A stretch of 64,000 bases of DNA, taken from contig NC_043005.1 of NCBI RefSeq assembly GCF_006345805.1, positions 91,574,001 through 91,638,000 of the forward strand, given 5' to 3'. The stretch is from Octopus sinensis (Eukaryota). The notes beneath the pieces are model-generated. The model saw only the letters and a program-made list of their open reading frames with translations, was not told the DNA's origin and did no database searches. Below are positions 48,024 through 60,840 of the stretch, piece after piece; position 1 is the stretch's first letter; every line of letters starts with the position of its first letter. The position numbers were made by a program, and so were the translations under genes.

Positions 48024-49131
48024 TAGGCGTCGGCAACATAAACCAGGCCGCGGGCCACTGGGCCACGTCTAGGCCACCTCGCGGGCCGCACACCCCTCCC
48101 AACCCGAAAAAATAACAAACACACAAAATCGATGATAATAAATGTAAATTGAACCTTTATTAAGATTTGCAGTAATCAAAATGTGAAACGATTAATGTGA
48201 AGGCTGGCGATTCTTTGAAACAGATAGAGAGTCAATGTCCGGCTTGATGAACGAGGAGAACGTCTTGAAGATGAGCATCTGTAAGCTGTGCTCTCGTCTT
48301 GTTCTTTGTCAGCTGCTCACAAGAGTATGTGGACCCGAACAATGAAGCTAAGCTCAAGGCCTCCCGAACAAGAGCCGGGAAAGCACGGGAGGCGAGCGTC
48401 AGAACTCCATGGGCGACACACGCGCAAACTTTGCGCGGTGGCTCTCTGAGCACTGGAGCTCAATGAGCTCAAGCTGAAGGTTATCGGCCACTTCCACAGA
48501 ATCCACATCAAAGGGAGCGGAGAATAGCTTGAGCTCCTTCTCACAGGCACGCACATCTTTGAAGCGCCTCTCGGACTCGCCTCGCAGCTCAGCGGCGTAG
48601 CAACGGGAGGCAGCAGGGGTCGGGCGCAGCTCAGCCAAGCGGACGAAATAAGTAAATATCCTCTGGTTGAACTGATGCTCCCACAGGCGAAGTTTGCATT
48701 CGAATGCCTTTACGTGGGCGAGGAGGTCGGGTACAAAGACGTCTTTACCCTGCAGCTTGATGTTCATTTCGTTTAGATGTCCAGTAATGTTTACCAGGAA
48801 CCCGTGGTCACACACCCACGCGGGATCCTCGAACTGAGGGACAGCAATGTCCTTCTCTCGCAGGAAAGACGCCAGTTCATCCTTCAGATTGAAAACTCTC
48901 TCCAACATTTTTTCTCCAAAGTTATGTTTATTCAGTGTCAATATCATGAAAGTAGGACACTGTTCTGGCTGGGGAGAAGACGGCCGCTGATTTGCTCTGT
49001 TAAATTTGCCGTTGGTTCAAAATACCCCACCGGGTCGCGGAAAATGTCTCGCGGGCCGCACCTAATGGAAATCCGGACAAAGCCCCGTAGGCTGCACGGG
49101 AGGAGCTCGCGGACCGCATTTGGTGGGTCTA
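48024..49131 (-). mobile_element. Internally deleted hAT element (Buster/GTF2IRD2-like), GC-rich
   Basis: MLERVFNLKDEL..GHLNEMNIKLQGK..HVKAFECKLRLW..LQLELIELQC and ASLFGSTYSCEQL..RAQLTDAHLQDVL; GCGGGCCGC subterminal motifs at both ends; TIRs imperfect. Confidence 0.85.
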
Positions 49132-49383
49132 ATCTATTATATAAATGATAATGTATGTGTGCGTGTATGTGTGTTATAGCCCCGAAAGGCTCTAGAACAG
49201 TGCGCCCTCGAGAAAAACGGATTTGCGTTCCAAAGAGGTTTTTGGCAAATAATAATTAAAAAAAATATAATTTGATTGAGAATCACTAAATTTCTTTCTT
49301 TCTATTTGTCATATCTGTCTACTTATCTTTTTTATGTTTTCCCTTATCTATCTATCTATCTATCTATCCTATCTATCTATCTA

Positions 49384-49416
<33 letters not shown>

Positions 49417-49427
49417 CGCTATATATA

Positions 49428-49484
<57 letters not shown>

Positions 49485-49598
49485 GTATGTATGTATGTAC
49501 ATATGTATGTATGTATGTATGTATGTATTGTATGTGTATGTATATATATATATATGTATGTATGTATGCATGTATGTATGTTATATATATGTATATAT

Positions 49599-49677
<79 letters not shown>

Positions 49678-49690
49678 ATATATACATATA

Positions 49691-50014
49691 CTAGCACTAT
49701 GACCCGGCGTTTCCGGGTCATAGTGCTAGTGCACGCAAATGCAGCTGCGTGCGTGCGCACATACACGCGAGTACTGTCCAAATCTCGGACCAGTCACATA
49801 CAGCTAGCTGGCATTCAATTGGCGTATCAAGTTTCGGGCATTTTGATTGGGTTTTGGATAGAAAATTCACAAAAAAGTCACTTCTATTGATTTTTTAATG
49901 GCTTTGCGGTGTGACTGGGGAAATGTAAAGATGTGCACGACCACCCTTGGACGGTTTTGAATGACCATAGAAAGTGCGAGGCCTCTAACTGAAATATATA
50001 TATATATTTCTTGA
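49691..50014 (-). mobile_element. Non-autonomous Helitron-type element (second family)
   Basis: Minus strand begins A|TC AAGAAATATATA and ends GACCCGG-AAACG-CCGGGTC ATAGTG CTAG|T. Confidence 0.65.
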
Positions 50015-50074
50015 TATGACATTTAACTGCTTTCATTCTAGATTTAGTTGCTACTTCTACGCATTGAGCGGTCA

Positions 50075-50345
50075 CCGCTCTGGAACTACGGACATGTGAT
50101 TAGAATGCTGCAGGAAAGAATCGTCAAAGAGATTCCTGAAGCCGAGCCAACTGGCAGGAGACCAAGGAGTAAACCAAAAACGTGATGATATTCCTAGTCT
50201 CAGTTCGTCCCGCTTGAGAATCGAGTCAGAAAGTGTAATGATGGTTGCCTCTGACAGAACTCTTTAACGGAGGTGGCTAAGGACTCTCTTCCCACGACAC
50301 TCCAGGGATAGTGGACAAGGAAGATAGCTGGATGGGTGGATACAT
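50075..50345 (+). mobile_element. RTE-clade LINE 3' end
   Basis: YGHVIRMLQERIVKEI.EAEPTGRRPRSKPKT*..VASDRTL*RRWLRTLFPR. Confidence 0.75.
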
Positions 50346-50409
50346 ACAACACACATAATACTATTTCTCTCTCTCTCACAAACCCACACACACACACACA
50401 TTTACGTAC

Positions 50410-50497
<88 letters not shown>

Positions 50498-50984
50498 GTC
50501 ACGTGACTGTTGCCGAAATCTGCCTTTCGGCTCCTGACCCTCGTCGTGTTAACATCGTTGTTTTTCGTCCGCCGCTATAAAGGCTTCTTCCAATGCGCCA
50601 GAGAAAAAATTTGTTTGCTTGTTATCAGTCGTAAGACACGTGTTGTTTTCACCGTTAATGCTTCTGTATTTCATGTTTCTGTATTCCATTATTGTTTTTT
50701 GTTTTTTTATATCTGTCCCTTTTGCTGTCCTGGTGTTCGTATGCATTCGATCCTTCTTCCAGGAAATCTACGCTTCCAGCTTAGTTTTTCTAATGCTCGT
50801 TGCTTAGTTTTTCTTGGAGGGCTGGCCGTGATCTAGTAATCTCAAGATTAATCAGCCGAAATTACTACGATGATCCGGTTCTTGACTGAAGACTGAGGGG
50901 TTCGAATGTCCTGTCCATGTTTATTGTGTCGTCTTCTAAGAGTTATACGTTCTTGTCCATGTTGTATTTTTTCTACATACCTTA

Positions 50985-51118
<134 letters not shown>

Positions 51119-51120
51119 AC

Positions 51121-51284
51121 GCAGGAGTGGCTGTGTGGTAAGTAGTTGCTTACCAACTACATGGTTCCGGGTTCAGTCACACTGCGTGGCACCTTGGGCA
51201 AATGTCTTCTATAGCTTCGGGCCGGCCAAAGCCTTGTAAGTGGATTTGGTAGACGGAAACTGAAAGAAGCCTGTCGTATATATG

Positions 51285-51316
<32 letters not shown>

Positions 51317-51522
51317 CGTGTTTGTATGTCTGTGTTTGTCCCCCCAAACATCGCTTGACAACCGATGCTGGTGTGTTTGCGTCCCCGTAACTTAGCGGTT
51401 CTTCCAAAGAGACCGATAGAATAAATACTAGGCTTACAAAGAATGAGTCCTGGGGTCGATTTGCTCGACTAAAGGCGGTGCTCCAGCATGGCCGCAGTCA
51501 AATGACTGCAACAAGTAAAAGA
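51121..51522 (+). mobile_element. Full-length SINE B
   Basis: GCAGGAGTGGCTGTGTGGTAAG ... internal (TA)(TG)n ... GGTGCTCCAGCATGGCCGCAGTCAAATGACTGCAACAAGTAAAAGA. Confidence 0.9.
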
Positions 51523-52213
51523 GTACACACACATACATATGTATATATACACACATACATATCTATCTATCTGTATGTCTGGCTCACACTCCCTTACATG
51601 CAATGCTTTATACAGAACTTACTGACTGTCATACTTCACTCGTACTTTATATCATTCACTTCTTAACGAAGAACTTACGTAAAGGAACGTAACTAAATAC
51701 CACAAGATTGCAACGATTATGCAGCCATGTTAGAACGGACACACCTATGATATAAGGCTTTCTAGCTGTGATCACTCCGTTTTCGTATATTCAAGACTAA
51801 ATTGCCTGGTCTAATGCATCATTCGTGTTTAAAGGCGAAAGAGTGGTGTGATTGATTTGAGGAGATGAATGTTCACTGTTTCTAGCAGTTTGGTCCACAT
51901 CGGATAGAATCCTTGGTGCGATGAGACTCAGTACTAGCAATGGTGGTACTTTCAATTTGGCATATAAAGCTATATTTACAGCTACTTACAAAGCTGTCAC
52001 ACACACAGACACACATACACACACGCATACAATAAGTGTTGTGTGTGTGTCTATAAAGGTTCAGATATAAATACACTCTGAGATAAAAATACATTCAGTC
52101 TCACCCGCGCGTGTCACCTAAAGACATGGTATACCCCTGGAGGTCAGCTATCATAGAGGGTGTCAATTCATTCTAGATTAAGTTGAGGCAGAGTATACAC
52201 ATTTAATATTTTT

Positions 52214-52478
52214 AAGGCGGCGAGCTGGCAGAAACGTTAGCACGCCGGGCGAAATGCGTTGCCGTATTTCGTCTGTCGTTACGTTCGAAGTTCAAATTCC
52301 ACTGAGGTCGACTTTGCCTTTTATTCTTTCGGGGTCGATAAATTAAGTACCAGTTACGCACTGGGGTCGATAAATTAAGTACCAGTTACGCACTGGGGTC
52401 GATGTAATCGACTTAATCCCTTTGTCTGTCCTTGTTTGTCCCCTCTGTGTTTAGCCCTTTGTGGGTAGTAAAGAAATA
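52214..52478 (+). mobile_element. Full-length SINE A (tail 1) with internal 32-bp tandem duplication
   Basis: GGGGTCGATAAATTAAGTACCAGTTACGCACT occurs twice; approx. 20-bp TSD TATACACATTTAATATTTTT. Confidence 0.9.
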
Positions 52479-52904
52479 TATACACATTTAATATTTTTTT
52501 CCTGCACGTTATAAAGGTCTTAGTGTTTCAAGTCGTTAGTAGCTATGTAAAGCACTATTTTACCCTTCTTGAAACGGCATAATTAAACATTTTATGAAAT
52601 CAAAAGGTAATTTACTTAATTTGGCGCGCTTCTAAGAAACGTTACTATTTCCATTTCCCCACATTTCCAAGTAAATAGAAAGTCAACCGTTAATTCATAT
52701 TTCTCATAACAGAAACTTAAAAATGACTAGAATCAAATAAGCGATGTGACGTATGGTTGTTGATTAGCCTCATTCAAGCTTAGCTCAAAGAGCCAATCAA
52801 AGTCTGGAGGCGTTTCAGATAAGGGGTTCCATACCTCAAAGAAAGGGAAATTTATTTTTAGCATTCCTGTATTTCATACAACGGAAATTGCAATTGTCTT
52901 TTAT

Positions 52905-53175
52905 CTTTTACTTGTTTAAGTCACTGGACTGTGGCCATGCTCGGGCCCTGCCTTGTAGGGCTTAGTCGAACAAACGACCTCAATACTTATTTTTTAAAGG
53001 GACTTATGGTATCGGTGTGATCTATCGAACTGCTTAGTTACGACGACCTAAACAAACCATTACCGGTGATCAAGTGGTGGTGGTGGGCAAACACAAATAC
53101 AAAGCCCACACACAAACGACGGGTTTCCACGCAGTTTCCGTGTACCGAATTCACTCACAAGGCATTTGCCCAACG
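52905..53175 (-). mobile_element. SINE B, decayed
   Basis: CTTTTACTTGTTTAAGTCACTGGACTGTGGCCATGCT..ACGACGGGTTTCC..CACTCACAAGGC. Confidence 0.75.
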
Positions 53176-53409
53176 AGGTACGGGGCTCAGAACCTGAAGA
53201 TCTATCCAATATATTTCCAACTGTAACTGTTCATCTGCCTTTTCTGATTATGCATCATTATCTTATTAATTTTAAAAAAGGAAGGTTGGTAGAGTGTGAT
53301 TTGAAGATTTGGCTGTTATTTTTTTCTTCAAGTTAGAAGGGTCAAGTGACTTTTTTGAAGCCTCTTTCTATAGTTCAACAAAGAAGTGATATTTAATGTA
53401 AATATTCAG

Positions 53410-53550
53410 GTGTAGCTGTATGGTAAGAAGTTTGCTTCCCGACCACATGGTTTCGAGTTCAGTCCCACAGCATGGCACCTTAGGCGAGTGTTATCTACTT
53501 AAAGTAGATGACACTCGCCTAAGGTGCCTCGGGCCTACCAAAGCCTTTGC
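53410..53550 (+). mobile_element. SINE B head containing a 55-bp snap-back palindrome
   Basis: Arms 53474-53500 and 53502-53528 differ at one position. Confidence 0.8.
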
Positions 53551-53624
53551 CATGTTCTTTATGTGTACTATGCAGGTTTATGTAAATTACATCATATCTT
53601 GATACCGTGTAGAGTGCAATCCCC

Positions 53625-53697
53625 GTTGACAAGCCGCAGCCGGGAGAGCGTTAGACTGAAGATCTAAAGGTCCCTCGTTCGATCCTGGGTTTCGGCA
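53625..53697 (+). pseudogene. trnF: tRNA-Phe(GAA) pseudogene
   Basis: GGGAGAGCGTTAGACTGAAGATCTAAAGGTCCCT.GTTCGATCC.GGGTTTCGGCA matches metazoan tRNA-Phe; anticodon GAA at 53658-53660; acceptor, D and T stems carry mismatches. Confidence 0.85.
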
Positions 53698-53713
53698 TTT
53701 CGTTATCCTTTTT

Positions 53714-53930
53714 AAGGCGGCGAGCTGGCAGAAACGTTAGCGTAGCCGTACTTCGTCTGCCGTTACGTTCTGAGTTCAAATTCCGCCGAGGTCGACTTTG
53801 CCTTTCATCCTTTCGGGGTCGATAAATTAAGTACCAGTTATGCACTGGGGCCGATGTAATCAACTTAATCCGTTTGTCTGTCCTTGTTTGTCCTCTTTAT
53901 GTTTAGCCCCTCGTGGGTAATAAAGAAACA
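53714..53930 (+). mobile_element. SINE A (tail 1) immediately after the tRNA pseudogene
   Basis: AAGGCGGCGAGCTGG ... GCCCCTCGTGGGTAATAAAGAAA. Confidence 0.9.
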
Positions 53931-55145
53931 GATATTAAATAGTGTTAAATACTTAGAATATGCAAATTAGCAGTCCCAGTTCCCAGAAACTACCTGAGTT
54001 GTTGTGTACATAAATAGATTGGCTGCTTGATTTCCCGGGCATTGGTCAAGTAATGCTGATAGTTCTGACGAGAACCCAGTAAGATTCGAAAAATCAGTTA
54101 AGGCCATTAAGGAAAAATAGTTAAATTTACCGTGTATACACATATACACACACGCGCAAGTGGTGTTGGTTTGTTTACGACCCAGATTCGGCAAAAGAGA
54201 CGGGTAGGATGAGTAAAAGACTTTAAAAAAATACATACGATTTGTTCGACTAAAACCTTAAAAGACAGTGTCCCAGAATGGCTGTAGTCCAATGACTGAA
54301 ACATGTAAATGATAAAAAAAAAAAAAAAGGTTTATTGCTACACAGAACTGAAAGGATAATAGCATCATATATTTCACCTGAGTTGTTGAAATGTTACGCG
54401 TTGCATCATAAGGTGTGTGTGAGAGAGAGAGAGAGGTGGGTTGGGGGTGGGGGGAGGGGTGCTCGGCACGGTACATCATTTGATACAACTCAAATGGAGA
54501 TAATACAGTTTTGTAGATCTGTTCAACCGATGCATGTCTGCAGAAAGAAACCAAACTAACATCAATGGATAACGCTATATCCAAGATACATTTTCACTAA
54601 CGAGCAGCTATATGGTTGCTCAACCCCCTAGAAATAGCGGCCAAAGCTCTCAAAATGAAAAATACACTGGATAAAAGTAATCCTAGAAAAATATGTGACT
54701 GTCATGAATGGAAGGCATTTGAACAAAAGTTAGCAGGAGCAGGGTGATACCATCGGGCTAACAGCAATGTTTTCATTTTGCTTTCGCGATTTCTTCAATA
54801 ACAAATTAATCGCTAAAAACAAAGGAAAAGAAGAAATAGATATACATTAAAAATAAAATTACTGTTTAAAAAAAAAAAAAATCGAGTGCCTTTTGTCAAA
54901 TCCTGCGAAGTCTTTCATATTCGATAGAGTGGGGCGAGAATGTTTGCAGGTTAACTGCACCAGTTTTTACCTTACCAGTTTTACACGTTACTTCTTAAGA
55001 ACAGAAGCAACAATGGGTTTGTAAACATTCACACAACATGAACCAAAATCGATTTTTAAACATCAACCATTGTTTCGAATCGTAGTTATGTAGAACAAAA
55101 ACAACATGAAATGCACAGACACTCATATAGCTACACACGAACAAG

Positions 55146-55178
<33 letters not shown>

Positions 55179-56277
55179 TGCAGCGTGTAAGTATTCATGG
55201 AAATTCAGGTGAAAATACACACGGATACAAAGATACATTCAATCTCACCCGCGAGTATCACCTATTTTCTATCACTATAAAAATATTCAACTACACACAC
55301 GTACACACAGGCACACAAGCACGCAGGCACATACAGAGAGAGAGAGAGAGAGAGAGAGATTTATGTTGAAAAATTTACAATACAACATACTTTCGTGTAC
55401 GTAATATACATGCAAACACATGCATTATTTGTATATACATACGTTCACATGCGTCTGTAAGTGTGTATGAACGTTGACGTAAATACATACACTAAGGAAT
55501 TCATAAACTCTCACGTACACATAAACACAGATATACAAAAAAATACACAAGCTTTAAATGCACACACACACAATCTCTCTCTCTCTCTCACACACACACA
55601 GAGGCACACACACAGACACACACCCAGACTCACACCACACACTCACTCACTCACACACTCACTCAGCCATACATATAACCCTCCTACACTCATACAATGA
55701 CAGACGAAGAAATAGGAACAAGCACACCTTGTTTTCTAGTGTTTGGCGGTCCGAACGGAGCTTTTTAAGACAGGGAGCTGACGGCTTGTTGCTGCGGCAA
55801 AATACATAACTAACAAACAATAATAACACTAAAAATATTCTTAAAACCCGTGGGAAGAACGAATGTTGCAGCAAACACAATTTTAATGGAACACAGGTAA
55901 GTTGGTACATAGTTTAGATATCTTTACTGAAAAGTCTTACCTTTTCTTTCTTCCAGTTTTATGCTGTGTTGATTGATATAGAATCAACACTAACATTTCA
56001 ACTACGTGTTCTGAGATGAAAACAGTTGAGTAAGAATTTCGCAACCAACATCTTACGTGTTGAATGAGTGACAGAGAGAAAGAAAGAGTGAGTGGCAGAG
56101 ATAGACTGAGAGTCAGTCCCCATGCAGTATTTTGACTAATAATTATTGATACTTTACAACTAAACGGCGAAGAATACTGCACACACGCACTATTGGAGTA
56201 ATTACCTTTGCTTCTGTCTGTCTAATTTAAAAAAAAATGTTTTGTGAGAATGTAACAGGTTTTGAGTGATACATTGT

Positions 56278-56316
<39 letters not shown>

Positions 56317-56439
56317 TTATATATATATATATATATAATATATATATATATATAGAGAGAGAGAAGAGAGAGAGAGAGAGAGAAAATATGTGTATATGTA
56401 TATGTATATATAAATATGTGTGTATGTATGTGTATGTGT

Positions 56440-56487
<48 letters not shown>

Positions 56488-57519
56488 GATACATTCATAC
56501 GCACACGCAAACATGCGTACTGTCTTGTACTTGTAAAATAAGCGACTTATTTAATTCAACGCGTAAAATGTTGGCCACTGAGTCTAGAATCTCCCGCCAC
56601 CTCATAAATGTTTTTTTTTTTTTTTGTGCAGGTGTCACTAATGTTTACGTTGACATTGTTAAAAAGAAAACGAATTTCTTTTACTTAGATTCAGTTACAG
56701 AAACATAAAACTTGGTCAAAAGGGGAGAAATATCTTTTCATGTTTAAAACTAAAGACTTTCGTCTCCGACTAAGTTTTATCATTTCAACGATGCTTTGAT
56801 ATGTATTTCAATTCCTGCTACAGGCATGGACTGAAAACATCAAATTTTTATTTCTATTTCGCTACTGCAAACAAAAACTGTTGGGGTGGGGAGTATTCGC
56901 TGGAATGTTGTTGATGATTGTTTTATTTCTTTTCTTGTTTTTCGTGACAAAATGAAAGCTTCCCTGAACTATGAATGTTTGCCTTGTCGTGGGAAAACAG
57001 GTTATTCACTCTTTCACCTTATTGTTTTGATTGAAAAGACACTAGACAAGACAGTCAACTTTGACTTCCATCCACGCAGAACACGGATCAATAAAATAAA
57101 TATATTACCGCTACGGATTTTTTAATTAACGGTTATTGGTCCCAAATAACGGGTCCTAAATTCTTTGATTGCCCAATGTTATCATCAAGTTATTGTTATC
57201 GAAAAGGCTTCGTCTCAAAGGGGTTATACTGTATTAATAAAATACTTCCCACTGAAGTTTGATCTGGTGCCTTTATCCAAAGAAATTATTAGTTTTTGTA
57301 AGAAAATTGGAACGTTAGAGACGCTGTAATTTCTACGAAGAGCAATGGTTTCAAAAACTTATTTTGAGCCGTTAGACAATTTACTAAAAATTAAAGAACT
57401 TCCAACTTTATATTTTACGGACAGCCTCCACCACACTCATTTAAAAAATTTTATTCACAGATATCTTTTACAGATTTCTAGAAATTTTCACGGAGCCCAA
57501 TTTTAGAAATACTAACCTA

Positions 57520-57745
57520 TCCAACCGTCCGTCCGTCCATCTACTATTCCCTGTGTCATTGGGGTAAAGTCCTCTGGTACCTCCTCCTCCTCCATAGAGT
57601 CCTATCCCAAGCGTGACCAATTGAGATTCAGGATATTATCCAACCATCTCGTTCTTGGTCTACCCCAAGGTCTCTTACTAGTTGGCTTGATTTGAAGAAT
57701 CCGTCTTGCAGTTTTTTCCTGTCACATTCTAATTCTAATCACACG
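57520..57745 (-). mobile_element. RTE-clade LINE 3' end (same type as 50075)
   Basis: Minus strand RILQIKPTSKRPWGRPRTRWLDNILNLNWSRLG. Confidence 0.75.
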
Positions 57746-58017
57746 TGATTTTATCTTGACAATTTGTTCAAACCCTACGATCGTCGTCTTTACCTTTCAA
57801 TCACTACGGAATCTATAAACCAATATCAGTGTCCATACTTGTATTGATTCAATATATGGTTAGTTTGGTAATTGAATAAACAATTCATTATTTTGAATGA
57901 AAACGTCTTATAATTAGATCTGAACTCGTCTGGGTTCTTAGACGAAGATTAGATTTCGTGTTCAAATTTATTTCTCTCTAGATTAGATCTTCTTCTTAAT
58001 TTATTATTATTATTATT

Positions 58018-59183
58018 TTCATATACACTCAACAGATTAGACTGTTGGAAAAGAAAAGAATTCTAACATTGAGCTCCAACAAATAGCTTTAGATGGCAAG
58101 ACCCCTCCTATTGGGTTGCAGCAAGTAACCTTAGATGCCAAGATGCTAAGTATCCAAGCTGTCCCTAATAACACTGTTTTCTGGAACTGTACTAAACTGG
58201 GTTTTATTCCTTTTTTCCTCAATCCATCTGTTCAGATCTTTAAGGATAGTTCCCAATGCACCTATAACTACTGGGATATTTAACCCGCACTTTCCATAGT
58301 CTTTGTAATTCAATAGCTAGGTCCCGGTACTTTGCTATTTTTCTATACCTCTCATATTGATTTTTTTTTCATCAATTGGTACTGTAAAGTCAATTACCGG
58401 GCACTTTCTATTCTCTTTATCGACTACTACTAAATCAGGCCTTCTAGCTTCTATTACTCTGTCAGTCTGAATGTTAAAGTCCCACAACATCTTGTATTTC
58501 TTACTTTCTAGTATTTTACTAGGTTCATGTTCATACCATTTATCAATATGTTCAAATCCTAGCTTTCTACAAAGCTCCCAGTGGATTGCTCTCCCTAGAT
58601 TGTCATGTCTTGTATCCTTTCTGTGCCGGCTTGCTACATTCACTTACTATATGAGTAAGGCTTTGCTCTTTGATTTGCTTAATCTACATTGGGAACCTAC
58701 TTTACTTTGTCTGTCTTGGCTTTTATCCAATTAGCGCTTAATGCTTGATCTTGTGCAGCTACTAACAAGCTTTCTGACTCCCTCTTCAGCTTTCCTTTCT
58801 GCAACCATAACCCTGTATAACTACTATTATTTGTTGCAACTATCTTTGGGAATCTACCCAATGCCTTCTCCTGCCAGTCAGATAATTTCTGCTCTTTTTC
58901 CTGGTTTTTAAATTCGTTTGGGTTTTTGGTTTCCCCGTCTCTTGCTCTAACTCTAGCAGCTTTTAATAAACTTTCTTCACTATTACCCCCATAGGAGTCT
59001 ATATCTACTCTAGCTAACTCCACAGAGTCTTCTACTGATATTAATTCTCTTCTACCGTCCTAGGTAGGTATAATCTTACTACTCCTGCCCTTGGGTGGAG
59101 TCCTCCATTCGTATTGAATTCTTTCCTAGTTCTTCTGTCTAGTTTGCTAATTCAGTTTTTGTCCAGTCTACAAAAGCTGCTGC
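58018..59183 (-). mobile_element. 5'-truncated R4/Dong-clade non-LTR retrotransposon (restriction-like endonuclease) in (TAA)n
   Basis: DWTKTEL..DRRTRK..LHPR..RLYLPR; RHDNLGRAIHWELC..WYEHEP..LWDFNIQTDRVIEARRPDLVVVDK; QKTVLLGTA; (TTA)n at 58001-58017 and 59184-59233. Confidence 0.88.
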
Positions 59184-59235
<52 letters not shown>

Positions 59236-59799
59236 AACATTTCCATAAATTTCACTGAAACTAATAAAGGGGGACTTTTTTCGGAGGAAAAAAATGAAAA
59301 AGTTACGGTTGGTTGCACACTCCAAACAAAGAAGATGAAGTGAAGTAAAAGAATAATGGAGGGGAGGGAAAATAAATCTCAAAAACACCAAAATCCGGAG
59401 AAATTTTCGAAAACACAAAAACAAAAAAAAAGTTACTGGCAGTGGGATGCTGATTCCGAAAATTGGCCGTTACGTAAGTTAAATTTCATCACCAAAACTC
59501 TTCTTCCATTTTGCTGAATAGAGAAAAGCTTGTGGTCACTTCATTTGCTAGAAATAGCAGCAAATCTCCCTGCAATCAAACGTTGACTTTGAAAATGATG
59601 AAGAATTTATTAAAATAATTTTGTCATTATTAATCTGGTGTTTGAAACATAGATTAACATGGAATTTTGATGGAAGGATTTAATTTAGATCTTTCAAGCA
59701 GGAAGTTTGTATCATAGAACCTGAGGCGGTTTCAGGCGGGTTTGTCTCAAAAGGGTTTAAAAGAATAAATAAAAATGAAAGGCGTGTACAAAGAAATAT

Positions 59800-60390
59800 A
59801 TTTCTTTATTGCCCACAAGGGGCTAAACACAGAGGGGACAAACAAGGACAGACAAAGGGATCAAGTCGATTATATCGACCCCAGTGCGTAGCTGGTACTT
59901 AATTTATCGACCCCGAAAGGATGAAAAGCAAAGTCGACCTCAGCGGAATTTGAACTCAGAACGTAGACGAAATACCTATTTCTTTATTACCCACAAGGGG
60001 CTAAACACAGAGGGGACAAACAAGGACAGACATAGGTATTAAGTCGATTACATCGACCCCAGTGCGTAACTGGTACTTAATTTATCGACCCCGAAAGGAT
60101 GAAAGGCAAAGTCGACCTCGGCGGAATTTGAACTCACAACGTAACGCAGACGAAATACCGCTAAGCACTTCACCCGGCGTGCTAACGTTTCTGCCAGCTC
60201 GCCGCCTTCACTTTTTTATAATAATTTCTACTGAAGACACAAGGCCTTGAAATTTTGGTGGAGGGGAGTAGTCGATTACATCGACCCCAGTGCGTAACAG
60301 GTACTTAATTTATTGACCCCGAAAGGATGAAAGGCAAAGTCGACTTCGGTGGAATTTGAACTCAGAACATGAAGATAGACGTAATACTGC
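59800..60390 (-). mobile_element. Chain of three SINE A copies (dimer 60208-59800 plus one tail-2 copy)
   Basis: Core repeated near 59910, 60090 and 60320. Confidence 0.88.
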
Positions 60391-60393
60391 TAA

Positions 60394-60840
60394 GAATTTT
60401 AACCAATCAATTACCTCTAGTGAGCTAAAATCATTTGCTGCGTCTAAAACTGAGACATCTTGTCACTAACACGAAAGCAAAAACTCAAAACAAAAACAAA
60501 ACGAATAATTTTTGACACACGCGTAACAATTAAATTAATTTAACAATTAAGAAAAAAACAAACGAAAGGCTAAAATTTAGGGTTAGGGTGAGGGTTAGGG
60601 TTAATGACAGGATGTTGTCTCAGTTTTAGACGCAGCAAATGATTTTAGCTTAATTAGAGGCAATTGATTGGTTAAAATTCGAAAAATTAAACTACGTTAA
60701 ACTTACAAATTACAATTTTCTCAAGAAAGCCAAGAGAAAAAAATGTTTTATTTTGACACATTCTACCAGTATACGAAGTTTAAAAGTGTTTAGTTAACTA
60801 GAAATTGTGTTGAAAACTGCCGTTCAAAAGGAAAAGATCC
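60394..60840. mobile_element. Truncated relative of the 22971 MITE with internal inverted arms and TTAGGG repeats
   Basis: Ends AAAACTGCCGTTCAAAAGGAAAAGATCC; arms 60394-60470 and 60600-60680; TTAGGG/TGAGGG x4 at 60577-60600. Confidence 0.7.

Noticed and set aside
48777-49148. 123-aa plus-strand ORF
   Set aside because: It is the antisense of the GC-rich hAT element, where stop codons are scarce.
54063-54110. CTGACGA...GAAA hammerhead-like string
   Set aside because: Stem II has only 3 pairs with a long loop, stem I has only 2 pairs, and there is no palindromic stem III.
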